Notes under the pieces: generated by a model
Seen by the model: the letters and a program-made list of their open reading frames with translations, nothing else
Told to the model about the DNA's origin: nothing
The model's database searches: none
Translations under genes and position numbers: made by a program
Origin: Octopus vulgaris
Taxonomy: Eukaryota
Assembly: GCA_951406725.2 (NCBI GenBank)
Contig: OX597833.1
Location: forward strand, 58,404,001-58,468,000
Length of the DNA: 64,000 bases
Direction: 5' to 3'
Shown: positions 1 through 13,979 of the stretch, piece by piece
Layout: every line of letters starts with the position of its first letter
Position numbering within the stretch: the first letter of the stretch is position 1

Positions 1-192
1 AGACGAAATACCTATTTCTTTACTACCCACAAGGGGCTAAACACAGAGAGGACAAACAAGGACAGACAAACGGATTAAGTCGATTATATCGACCCCAGTG
101 CATAACTGGTACTTAATGAATCGACCCCGAAAGGATGAAAGGCAAAGTCGACCTCGGCGGAATTTGAACTCAGAACGTTGCGACAGACGGAA
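1..192 (-). mobile_element. SINE family 2 unit (concatemer continues off the window edge)
   Basis: Reverse complement of the 185-bp unit; the window begins inside the aaataggt|atttcgtct junction. Confidence 0.8.
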
Positions 193-1209
193 ATATCTTA
201 AAATAAGGAAAGACATTGGACTGGTCTAGTTCCAGGTATTTTCCAGTAACCTATTTTCGAGGAGCGGGCCTGCATGAGACATTGGTTCATCGTCAGGCGG
301 GCCGCACCACTAAACAGAAAATTCAAGGTAATATTTCGTTAGGTGTGCCAAGCAGAAAGAAGAAAGTCTTACGGGTGGTGGTTTGCCTGTGCCTGGTCCA
401 GTCCCCTTGTATGCTACAAGGAAAACGTGATGGCCACGACTAGAATAGTTTGATTAGAACTGGTTTCTGCTTCACAACAGCAACAACAATAACCACTGCT
501 AATATTACTGCTACTATTCCTACCTCTACTATCTTCACAATGTTAACACACTACCTATTTCTTTATTACCCACAAGGGGCTAAACACAGAGGGGACAAAC
601 AAGGACAGACATAGGTATTAAGTCGATTACAACGACCTCAGTGCGTAACTGGTACTTAATTTATCGACCCCGAAAGGATGAAAGGCAACACACTACCACT
701 GCTAACTAGTAGCACCCGTCTCTCTTTCAAAGACTGCACTAACACCCGCATCTTCGTTATCATTAACACCTGTAAACACAAAACACCACTTTCACTCGAG
801 CTAACGAAGGGGGCATCTGAGATGGTCACTCGGCTTGTTAGAAATGACAGCCAAACATCCATCAAATCAGTTTCTACCGTCTTCAAAAAAAGGGATAAAT
901 GCGTTCGATAATATAGTTTCGAATAAATAATGTCTTTTAAGAATATAACTGGGTGGTCATGACTGGAATGCTTTTGGTTATAGGTTGCTCTGTCGTAGCT
1001 TATGTGGTGCGAAACAGCAATAGAGACAACAACGATCGTATCACTGCCCTAGCCACCACCCTGCTAAGGAGGTCTCTACGTGGTCTTTGGATTTGCTAGA
1101 AATAGTAGTTTTAATCTTCCTCAAACCTCACCCTGTGTTACAGAAGCAAAAAAAAAAAGGGGGGGAGAAGCATTTATTGCAAGGTGTAGTCCCAGATGTG
1201 CAGAGGGGT

Positions 1210-3290
<2,081 letters not shown>

Positions 3291-4101
3291 ACGTCTGACT
3301 GATCAAGGTTAACCTAGAGTTAAACAACGAACCCTAACCCTCTAACCACCACAGTAGCAGTACCACCGGAAACCACCACTACTAAACCAACCTTTTAGTA
3401 GCACTACTACCATCACCTCATCACCAATAAACACGCCACAACCACCGCAACTACATCGCTAACAGCACCACCACCACTCCTACTAGAAACCACCACCACC
3501 ATCAACAACAACAACAACACTACCACCGCCTCAGCTCGAACAGCTATCATCACAACCAGTAGCCAACGAGTATCTTTCGAGGTACCCCCAAACCGTTCTG
3601 CCATCCACCCTCCTCCACCCGAAAACACTGACCTAAATATGGAAATATATTTTTCTTCTACAAGAGGAGGAGGAGGAAAATACTTTTGATGAACTTTTTC
3701 TCTCTCTCTCTCCCCTTCTTCCTCCTCCTCCTCCTCCCTTTTATTCCTTCTCGTATTATTCTCCCTTTCCTCCCTCACTCTTTCTCATATTCTTTTCCCC
3801 GTCTCTCTCTCTTTTTTCCCCTCTCCCTCCCTCCCTCTGTCTTTCGTCTATACTGTGACTATCACTTGCCTTCTTTTTTTTCTCTCTCTCTCTCCTTCAG
3901 TTTCTTTCTTTCTTTCTCTCTCTCTCCTTCAGTTTCTTTATTTCTTTCTATCTCTCTCTCCTTCAGTTTCTCTCTCTCTCTCTCCCCCTTCAGTTTCTTT
4001 CTTTATTTCTCTCTCTCTCTCCTTCAGTTTCTCTCTTTATTTCTCTTTCTCTCTCCTTCAGTTTCTCTCTCTCTCTCTCTCCCCCCTTCAGTTTCTTTCT
4101 T

Positions 4102-4138
<37 letters not shown>

Positions 4139-4672
4139 TATATATATATAATATATGTACGACTTGTTTTCCTCAATTCCCAATCTCTCCTCCCCTCTAT
4201 ACATTAATTCTTCTCTCTCCAGGTCACTTGATTCGGTACACAAACAAGCCTGCACACGATTCAAGTACACACACACTCACATATACACACACACACACAC
4301 GCGCGCGTATATACATTGCATTGGCACAGGTACATGCGAGCGCACAACATATATATGCATTATGCACGTGCATATAAGTATGTGCATGCATATGTGTGTA
4401 TATGCAGTTGTGTGCACATATGCATAAAGGTGCATATGCACAAACACACATTGTCACAGTTGCACGCGAACATAGAGCAGATAAGTATGCATACACACAC
4501 ACACTATTTGTGTACCTCTGCATGTATGTATGTATGCATTCATATTTATATATATATGAGCATATATATGTGTGTGTGTGTGTGTATGTGTGTGTATGTA
4601 TGTATGTATGTATGTATGCATTCATATTTATATACATATGAGCGTATGTATGTATGTATATATGTATGTATG

Positions 4673-4703
<31 letters not shown>

Positions 4704-4741
4704 ATATGTATGTATTCATATATATATGTATGTATATATAT

Positions 4742-4905
4742 GGAGGCGCAATGGCCTAGCGGTTAGGGCAGCGGACTTGCGGTCGGAGGATCGCGGTTTC
4801 GATTCCCAGACCGGGCGTTGTGTGTGTTTATTGAGCGAAACACCTAAAAGCTCCACGAGGCTCCGGCAGGAGGTGGTGATCCCTGCTGTACTCTTTCACC
4901 ACTCT
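4742..4905 (+). mobile_element. SINE family 3 (tRNA-like head ggaggcgcaatggcctagcggttaggg), 3' truncated and joined to a family-1 tail
   Basis: A and B boxes; matches 13253-13544. Confidence 0.75.
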
Positions 4906-4959
4906 AAAAGGCGGTGCTCCAGCATGGCCGCAGTCAAATGACTGAAACAAGTACAAAAA

Positions 4960-4993
<34 letters not shown>

Positions 4994-5211
4994 TGTGTAT
5001 ATATGTGTATATATATATGTGTATATATATATGTGTATATATATATGTGTATATATGTATGTGTATATATATGTATGTGTATATATATGTATGTATATAT
5101 ATGTATGTGTATATATGTATGTGTATATATGTATGTGTATATATGTATGTGTATATATGTATGTGTATATATGTATGTGTGTATATATGTATGTGTGTAT
5201 ATATGTATGTG

Positions 5212-5244
<33 letters not shown>

Positions 5245-5511
5245 GTATGTGTATGTGTATATATGTGTGTATATATGTATGTATGTGTATATATATGTAT
5301 ATATGTTATATGTATGTAAGCTTTCGTGTATATACGCTACGTATATATATACACACACATACCAACATACGCGGGCGCACACGCACACTCGTGCACCCGT
5401 CCACACGCGCGCACGTGCACACGGTTTGTAACTGAGGACCGGGGTGGGTGGAGATATTGAGTTATATAACTTTGAGGAGTTTTAGGCTTTAATATAAGAA
5501 ACTAAACAACA

Positions 5512-6088
5512 AGGCGCAGGAGTGGCTGTGTGGTAAGTAGCTTGTTTACCAACCACATGGTTCCGGGTTCAGTCCCACTGTGTGGTACCTTGGGCAGGTG
5601 TCTTCTACTATAGCCTCGGGCCGACCAAAGCCTTGTGAGTGGATTTGGTAGACGGAAACTGAAAGAAGCCCGTCGTATATATGTATATATATATATGCGC
5701 AGGAGTGGCTGTGTGGTAAGTAGCTTGTTTACCAACCACATGGTTCCGGGTTCAGTCCCACTGTGTGGCACCTTGGGCAGGTGTCTTCTACTATAGCCTC
5801 GGGCCGACCAATGCCTTGTGAGTGGATTTGTTAGACGGAAACTGAAAGAAGCCCGTCGTATATATGTATATATATATATGTGTGTGTCTGTGTTTGTCCC
5901 CCTAGCATTGCTTGACAACCGATGCTGGTGTGTTTATATCCCCGTCACTTAGCGGTTCGGCAAAAGAGACCGATAGAATAAGTACTGGGCTTACAAAGAA
6001 TAAGTCCCGGGGTCGAGTTGCTCTATTAAAGGCGGTGCTCCAGCATGGCCGCAGTCAAATGACTGAAACAAGTGAAAGAGAGAAAGAG
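5512..6088 (+). mobile_element. SINE family 1 (tRNA head, CORE-like ccttgggcaagt segment, internal TA/TG tract), head duplicated
   Basis: A-box TGGCTGTGTGG and B-box GGTTCAGTCCC; the head occurs at 5512 and again at ~5697. Confidence 0.85.
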
Positions 6089-6121
6089 AAACTCTATTTG
6101 GTTTCAGTAAGTTTTTATTAT

Positions 6122-6726
6122 TGGCAGAAACGTTAGCATGCCGGGCGAAATACTTAGCGGTACTTCGTCCGCCGCTACGTTCAGAGTTCAAATTCCACCG
6201 AGGTCGACTTTGGCTGTCATCCTTTCGAGGTCGATACATTAAGTACCAGTGAAACACTGTGGTGGATGTACTCCACTCATTCCCTCCTCCTAAAAACTGT
6301 TGCCCTTGTGGTTAATTTTGAAGCCATTAATATTAAGGCGGCGAGCTGGCAGAACTGTTAGCACACTGGGCGAAATGCTGAGCGGTATTTCGTCTGCCGT
6401 TACGTTGTGAGTTCAAATTCCGCCGAGGTCGACTTTGCCTCTCATCCTTTCGGGGTGGATAAATTAAGTACCAGTTACGCACTGCTGTCGATATAATCGA
6501 CTTAATCCGTTTGTCTCCTCTGTGTTTAGCCCCTTGTGGGTAGTAGAGAAATAGGTATTTCGTCTGTCGTTACGTTCTGAGTTCAAATTCCGCCGAGGTC
6601 GACTTTGGCCGTCATCCTTTCGAAGTTGATAAATTAAGTACCAGTGAAACACTGGGGACTATATAATCGACTAGTCCCCTTCCCCCAAGTGTCAGGCCTT
6701 GTGCCTTTAGTAGAAAGGATTATTAT
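6122..6726 (+). mobile_element. SINE family 2 copies (one variant copy plus a dimer from 6336)
   Basis: Head ggcggcgagctggcagaa, B-box GAGTTCAAATTCC, central gaggtcgactttgcctttcatcctttcggggtcgataa. Confidence 0.8.
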
Positions 6727-6861
6727 TAAATGTCCGGTTCGTGAAATACTGGGGTTTTTCCGAGTTATATGACTCAGTAAACTACAAACAAATATATATA
6801 TATATATGTATATATATAAAGACATTGCTTCTGAAGGGATACCGTCACCGAAGGAATGCCG

Positions 6862-7278
6862 ACGGCAGTTTTTTAAAAATAATTTCCACGTAACTAAACA
6901 CTTTTAAACTTTGTAAACTGGTAGAATGTGTTTATAAAACATCTTTTTCTCTTGGCTTTATTGAGAAAATTCCATAGTTTGTAAGATATTTGTTGTTGTT
7001 TTTCTTCAATTTCTGCAATTTCAACCAATCAATGACGTCTATTGAGGTGAAAAACATTCTGTGCCGCATGAATATGTCCCTCGTTTAAGAAACTAATTGG
7101 GTTTACTTACATTTCTGAAGAAAATAAGATACCCTAACCCAAACCCTAACTAACCCTAACTGTAACCCTAACCCGAAGACAGATTGAAATGCAATAGATC
7201 GATACTAGGGTCATAATTATGGGTGACAATTTCATATGACACCGCTAGAAAAAACTGCCGTTCAAACCGAAAAGATCC
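6862..7278 (-). mobile_element. GGATC-TIR MITE (one TIR truncated)
   Basis: Matches 7952-8365 in reverse; contains CCCTAA-like repeats at ~7132-7175. Confidence 0.8.
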
Positions 7279-7349
7279 GAGGGACCATATAGAAAACGGC
7301 ATATTTGCTACATTCATCCTTCTTTCCTTACATACATACATACATACAT

Positions 7350-7840
7350 CTTGATCGTGTAGTCGTCAAGGCATTCGTTGATGATGTCTAACCAGATTTC
7401 GTCACTTCCCCCGGTCTTCTGCTGTCCCGTGTGAGTCGGCGAAAATAAGTCCTGTCCGCTGTCTTATGTTAAGCTAGGCAACGGCTGATTTTTGTGTGGG
7501 TTCTGGACTGGCTGTCGTCGGGTACAGTTTGGCGGCACGCATTCCTCTCCAGGCTGTTAGCCAAGGCAGTATGCCGTCTCTACCTGAGATGCGACTTGGC
7601 CCCGATCACAAGACCTTTGAGCCGAGCAAGGTCTTCCGCCCTAGCCGGTGGCTGCTTGGGAAGCCTTACCTGAATCTTTCGCCTACTGGTGCAGTGTTAA
7701 CACCATCTCCTTACTTGGTTTAGCCCTCCAGCTGAAGTCGGGTACCGGTGTGTGACGCGAGGCGCCATCGAGTGATAGTCGAATAAGGACCGATGGTAAC
7801 TGTCCACCTAACCATCCTTGGCAAAGTGCTACCTCTGTTC
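7350..7840 (-). mobile_element. RTE-derived non-autonomous element (RTE 3' end plus GC-rich leader)
   Basis: Minus strand encodes NIRQRTGLIFADSHGTAEDRGK*RNLVR (RTE C-terminal pattern) then a (TGTA)n tail; upstream part is non-coding. Confidence 0.5.
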
Positions 7841-7951
7841 AGAGGTAGTTCCTTTGCTGTCTGACAGCTGCACTATATTTACTAATTAATCGTCATTTTA
7901 TCGAAATTTTATCGAAATTTATACCCAGATTAACTCAATTGAATAACCTGT

Positions 7952-8365
7952 GGATCTTTTCGGTTTGAACGGCAGTTTTTTCTAGCGGTGTCATATGAAA
8001 TTGTCACCCATAATTATGACCCTAGAATCGATCTATTGCATTTCAATCTCTTTAGGGTTAGGGGTGGGGAAAGGGTATCTTTTTTTTCTTCACAAATGTA
8101 AATAAACCCAATCTGTTTCTTAAACGAGGGACATGTTCATGCGGCACAGAATGTTTTTTTTTACCTCAATAGACGTCACTGATTGGGTGAAATTGCAGAA
8201 ATTGAAGGAAAAAAAACAACAAATATCTTACAAACTATAGAATGTTCTCAATAAAGCCAAGAGAAAAAGATGTTTTATAAACACATTCTACCAGTATAGG
8301 AAATTTAAAAGTGTTTAGTTACCTAGAAATTATGTTGAAAACTGCCGTTCAAACCGAAAAGATCC
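7952..8365 (+). mobile_element. GGATC-TIR MITE, complete
   Basis: TIR GGATCTTTTCGGTTTGAACGGCAGTTTT at both ends. Confidence 0.88.
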
Positions 8366-8693
8366 GTAGTTCCTTTGCTGTCTGGCAGCTGCATTCTATT
8401 TACTAATTAATCGTCATTTTATCGAAATTTTATACCCAGATTAACTGAATTGAATAACATTTTTCATGATATAGTTCATAGACATGAAACAGCACACCTC
8501 AGAATTTTATCATCGTTTTACATAAGTGACTCTTAGGATTAAAGTGAATTCATTATCGTTATATGGTCTATTGTGTAGACATAAGAGAAACCACTCCTTA
8601 GGATTCCGCGCATGAAATGTAAATAATAATTTATGAACCAGAGAGGGAGTCTTTAATTATTATGACGAATTAAACTTCATATTTTATAAACAA

Positions 8694-9084
8694 CTAGCAG
8701 TATCGCCCGGCGTTGCTCGGGTTTGTAAGGGAAATAACTATATAAGCATTTTTAGAGATGTAAAGTATAATAGCCATCTCAATATGGCTAACCACAAACG
8801 GGGGGGGGGTTACTGTAGCTTTTTACGTTCTGAGATTTAATAATACATTTTAAGAGAGTTACTTCCCTTATATAATAGCAAAAAATGCATTAAAAATGGG
8901 AAAAAATTATGGTAAATTTGTTTTTTAAATCGTACACTCATCGTAGACGCGCGCTAATACCCAGAAGTGCTCGATATTGAATCACGACTATAAGATACCC
9001 GGTTTTGGTTAAACTGTACCGCAAAATGTGGGAGTAGTTAGGAATCTAAATCGTAGGAGACAGACACACTTTTATATATAAAGA
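8694..9084 (-). mobile_element. Non-autonomous Helitron
   Basis: Minus strand A|TC...subterminal hairpin CCCGAGCAACGCCGGG...CTAG|T, no TSD. Confidence 0.8.
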
Positions 9085-9320
9085 TAAAACGTTACATTCG
9101 AGTTTTTGTAGACGTTCGGAGATTCCAGTAAATCGTTTCTTTATAGCCCCTTCCAACGTGTGTGTGTGTGGTTAAGAAGTTCACTTCGTAAAAGTTTGGC
9201 TGTAGGTTCGATCTCACCGCTCGGCACTTTGGGCAAATTCTTTCTGTCATGTTCTATCTGGACCACAGGCTTTTGAATGAAACTTGCTTGACAGAAATTG
9301 TAGAAGCTCGTCAGGTATGT

Positions 9321-9359
<39 letters not shown>

Positions 9360-9387
9360 ACGCGCTGCTACTACACTTTCGTCCTTG

Positions 9388-9845
9388 CCAGCAAAAGGCT
9401 TTTTCGTTCGTCCCCTTGTGTGGTTGATTTCCTGTATAGTATTCTTTTTATTTTCTCGTTTTGTAACTAATTGTACTTTTTGTACATGTATTTTTATTTT
9501 TGCAGTTTTATTGTTTGTCTATGCCAGAAAAAGGCTTTTTCGTTCGTCCTCGTGTGTGTTTGTTTTTGTACATGTATCTCGTTTTGTAACTAATTGTATT
9601 TTTTGTACATGTATTTTTATTTTTGCAGTTTTATTGTTCGTCTATGCCAGAAAAAAGGCTTTTTCGTTCGTCCTCGTGTGTGTTTGTTTTTGTACATGTA
9701 TCTCGTTTTGTAACTAATTGTATTTTTTGTACATGTATTTTTATTTTTGCAGTTTTATCGTTTGTCTATGCCAGAAAAAAGGCTTTTTCGTTCGTCCTCG
9801 TGTGTGTTTGTTTTTGTACATGTATTTTAATTTTGCAGTCTTATT
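9388..9845. repeat. ~125-bp tandem repeat, about 3.5 copies
   Basis: gccagaaaaaggctttttcgttcgtcctcgtgtg...ttttgcagttttattg recurring. Confidence 0.85.
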
Positions 9846-10191
9846 GTTACGTCTTGTTTGTGTTCGTACTCATTTTGCCCCGCTGCTTGGAATTTTATTT
9901 TAATTCTCTCGCAGGAAGGCCTATTGGATTAGTGTTCTGTTATGCCTTCGAAACATGCCTGACTCCTCTAGCGACAGCTGATGACGGGGGTTTTGTCCTT
10001 GTGTAGCTCGTCCTGTATTTGTTTTTCGTTTTCCGTTTTCTTGTTTTTTGGTTTTTTGGTTTTTTCCGTTTCTACGTCTTATTGTGATGTCCTGTACTCC
10101 CGTATAATTATTTATATATGCATGTATATATACATGTAGATGTAGGTACGTACATATATGTTTGTATGTATGCATATATTTTTATTTATCT

Positions 10192-10239
<48 letters not shown>

Positions 10240-10259
10240 TATATATACTTTTATATATC

Positions 10260-10489
10260 TATTTCTTTACTGCCCACAAGGGGCTAAACACAGAGAGGAC
10301 AAACAAGGACAGACAAACGAACTAAGTCGATTATATCGACCCCAGTGCGTAACTGGTACTTAATTTATCGACCCCGAAAGGATGAAAGGCAAAGTCGACC
10401 TCGGCGGAATTTGAACTCAGAACGTAGCGGCAGAAGAAATACGGCTACGCATTTCGCCCGGTGTGCTAACGTTTCTGCCAGCTCGCCGT
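10260..10489 (-). mobile_element. SINE family 2 monomer
   Basis: Full head and body, reverse complement. Confidence 0.85.
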
Positions 10490-11021
10490 CATCATTATCA
10501 TCATCATAGTCGTCACCGTCATCGTCACCTTCCTCGTCATCATCATCATCATCATCATCATCATCACCACCACCTTCCTCGTCATCTTCTACTGAAACGA
10601 CCATCATGTGTATTTACAGTGTTTGCCTCTTCGCTAATGGAAACGGGTGTAGCACCCATTTCCATCTCAAGGAGTTCACCATCCCAATCGCCCCCTCTCC
10701 TAACATGACACACACACAATAAAGGAGAAAAAGAAAAAGAAAGAAAATGAAGAGCAAAATAAAAGTCATCTTGTAATCCGGCACAATTGTCACAACAACC
10801 TTACCCCGATCAATATGAGGCTCTTCACCCGGGACCACCTCCCCCAAAATAAATAAAATAAAATAAAATAAACCAGCTTGGTGGATGTTAATAAGTATAT
10901 AGAAAACGAATATGAGGGGGAACAACTGGGCGCTGACGACCCTGGGGGTTGGGGACTTGCGGAAAATTCACAAGATCCGATTTTTCCGTCATAACTTCTG
11001 GTAAAATGGATATATATATAT

Positions 11022-11215
11022 ACTTTTTTACTTGTTTCAGTCATTTGATTGCGGCCATGCTGGAGCACCGCCTTTAGTCGAGCAAATCTACCCCGGGACT
11101 TATACTTCGTGAGCATAGTACTTATTCTATCGGTCTTCTTTGCCGAACCGCTAAGTTACGGGGACGTAAGCACACCACCATCGGTTGTCAAGCGATGTGG
11201 GGGAGGGCAAACACA

Positions 11216-11259
<44 letters not shown>

Positions 11260-11423
11260 CATATATACGACGGGCTTCTTTCAGTTTCCGTCTACCAAAT
11301 CCACTCACAAGGCTTTGGTCGGCCCGAGGCTATAGTAGAAGACACTTGCCCAAGGTGCCACGCAGTGGGAATGAACCCGGAACCACGTGGTTGGTAAGCA
11401 AGCTACTTACCACACAGCCACTC
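11022..11423 (-). mobile_element. SINE family 1
   Basis: Near full-length match to the other copies. Confidence 0.85.
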
Positions 11424-11600
11424 TTGTGGAATCACACGTTTTTGGTTATGGAGGACCCGATTCTGAAACCGTAACACGTAACTGCGAATTACGAAGTTTT
11501 TTCATTTTTCAAAAAAAACCCCCCGAAACTCGTTTCCTTTAGTTTGAGAATTCTAGCTCTACTTCATTCCAAACTGCCTCGCTTCACTAAGTTTCTAGAG

Positions 11601-11819
11601 CAGTGCTTTTCAACCTTTTTCCCGGAGCGGAACCCCAAGGAAACATTCCACTGGCTCGAGGAACCCCTGTGCAATAATTTAATAGTCTTATGCACACATA
11701 TCTGCACAGGAGACTTAAAAATTACTGCCGATTTTAGCAGTTTTGTAACTTCTTGCGGAATCCCTGGACTGTACTGGCGGAACCCTAAGGTTCCGCGGAA
11801 CCTTGGTTGAAAACCACTG
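11601..11819. mobile_element. hAT (Charlie-like) MITE
   Basis: TIRs CAGTGCTTTTCAACC / GGTTGAAAACCACTG; 8-bp TSD TTCTAGAG. Confidence 0.88.
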
Positions 11820-12411
11820 TTCTAGAGCGTCGGGCTGACGATCATGGGGTAGTGAGTTCCGTTCTCGGATCCGGGTGTGTGTTGTGTTCTTGAGCAAGAC
11901 ACTTTATTTCACGTTGCTCCAGTTCACTCAGCTGTAGAAATGAGTTGCAAAATTCCAGGTGCCAAGCTGTGTCGGCCTTTGCCTGTCCCTTGGATAACAT
12001 CGGTGGCGTTGAGAGGGAAGGTTGGTACGCATGGGTGACTGCTGGTCTTCCATAAACAACCTTGTTCGGACATGTGCCTCGGAGGGGAACTTTCTAGGTG
12101 CAATCCCATGGTCATTCATAACTCTTTTTACTCACCCACCCCCTTTTTTTTTTATAATACAACGATCTGCAATGTTCATAGGATGTTGACTGTCGCAGTA
12201 GTGGTCACAGCATAGTAATGGAAAATGGTTTGTAAGACAGACGGGTTTGCGGTGCTAAAGTACCTTAATCCCACTAACCAAATACAATCAGGAAACATAC
12301 CAGCCGTGACCATCACCACCCAGTCGTTTATTCACTCATAGTTTACCCAAGATTACACTCTCCAACTATTACTGGGATACCACCAATATAGTATGGAACT
12401 CACAAAGACAC

Positions 12412-12672
12412 GTGGAGGCGCGTGGCTTAGTGGTTAGGGTGTCAGCATCATGATCGTAAGATTGTGGTTTCGATTCCTGGACCAGGCGACACGTTGTGTT
12501 CTTGAGCAAAACACTTCATTTCACGTTGCTCCAGTCCACTCAGCTGGCAAAAATGAGTAACGCTGCGATGGACTGACATCCCGTCCAGCTGGGGAACACA
12601 TACGCCATTGAAACCTGGGAACCGGGCCCATGAACCTGGCTAGGCTTTAAAAGGGTGCATTTATTTTATTTT
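12412..12672 (+). mobile_element. SINE family 3 variant
   Basis: tRNA-like head, ttcttgagcaaaacact body, ctgcgatggactg segment, (TTA)-like tail; matches 56211-56469. Confidence 0.8.
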
Positions 12673-12804
12673 TCACAAAGACACATACATGCATGCATAC
12701 ATACATATACATACATACATATACATACACACATGCACATACATACATACATATACACACACATACATACACACATACATACATACACATACACACACAC
12801 ATAC

Positions 12805-12837
<33 letters not shown>

Positions 12838-13252
12838 TACATACATACATACATACATACATACATACATACACACATACACACACACACACATACACAC
12901 ACACATGCATACATATATACACACACACACACTTGCATACATACATACATACATACACACATACACACACATACATACATACATACACACATACATACAT
13001 ACATGTGCATGTGCGCGCGTGCTAGCTGGCAGATTCGTTAGCGAGTTGGATAATAAGATTCTTGGTATTTCTTCCGGCTCTTTAGATTCTTAGTTCAAAT
13101 TTCACCGAGGTCGATTTTTGCCTTTCATCCTTTCGGAGGCGATAAAGTAAAGTACTTAGTTAAGTATGAACCCCCACCACCTTCCCCATAAAATTACTGG
13201 CCTTGTGCCAGAACGTAAAACCATTGTATGTGTGTGTGTGTGTGTCTTTAGT

Positions 13253-13544
13253 GATCACGTGACCGACCAGACCATCAGATGTTGTTACACATCGCTGGTC
13301 ACAATGCGTTCGCATTGTTTTAGCCTTTGAATGACGCCACCCCGCTGGCTAAGTGAGCAGGCCAACAGAAGAAAGAGTGATGAAAGAGTACAGCAGGGAT
13401 CACCATCACCCCCTGCCGGAGCGTCGTGGAGCTTTTTAGGTGTTTTCGCTCAATAAACACTCACAACGCCCGGTCTGGGAATCGAAACCGCGATCCTACG
13501 ACCGCGAGTCCGCTGCCCTAACCACTGGGCCATTGCGCCTCCAC
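13253..13544 (-). mobile_element. SINE family 3 with 11-bp TSD
   Basis: GTGTCTTTAGT at 13242-13252 and 13545-13555. Confidence 0.85.
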
Positions 13545-13979
13545 GTGTCTTTAGTATCATTGTGAAATCAAAGAATTTGAGAACCTTTTTTTCAGCGGCT
13601 TGAGATGATGGTTTTAAGGGCGTGATTTTAAGTGAGATTTTAACAGCTCTTTCTAGCAGGTCTGGCGACTACTTCGAGGCTTCTTCTTTGGCCCGTATTG
13701 TCGTTGTGGTGGCGGCGGCGGCGGTGGTGTAATTATGCACCAAGAATTAATTATTATTGCTGAAATAACAAAATAGTTAGAAAGGTTTCACTGATGTTGG
13801 AATGGTGGCGTGGCGGTGGTGGTGGTGTTGTTTTGTTTATATTTATGCTTATTATTATTGGAATGGTGATGCTTTGATGATGGCGATTATGATGAATTAA
13901 CTCTCAAGAATTTGATGGTATCAATGTTAACGGTATTATGATGATGGTGATGATGATGATAGCTGTTTTTGATAATGTT

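Noticed and set aside
4742-4815. tRNA gene
   Set aside because: A and B boxes are present, but there is no closed acceptor stem and the sequence continues into a multi-copy SINE body; the same applies to the other heads.
5502-5918. Recurrent short ORFs ([15 protein letters not shown]..., [11 protein letters not shown]...)
   Set aside because: Chance frames of SINE family 1, repeated at each copy.
7132-7175. Interstitial telomere
   Set aside because: Only a few imperfect CCCTAA units, internal to a MITE family.
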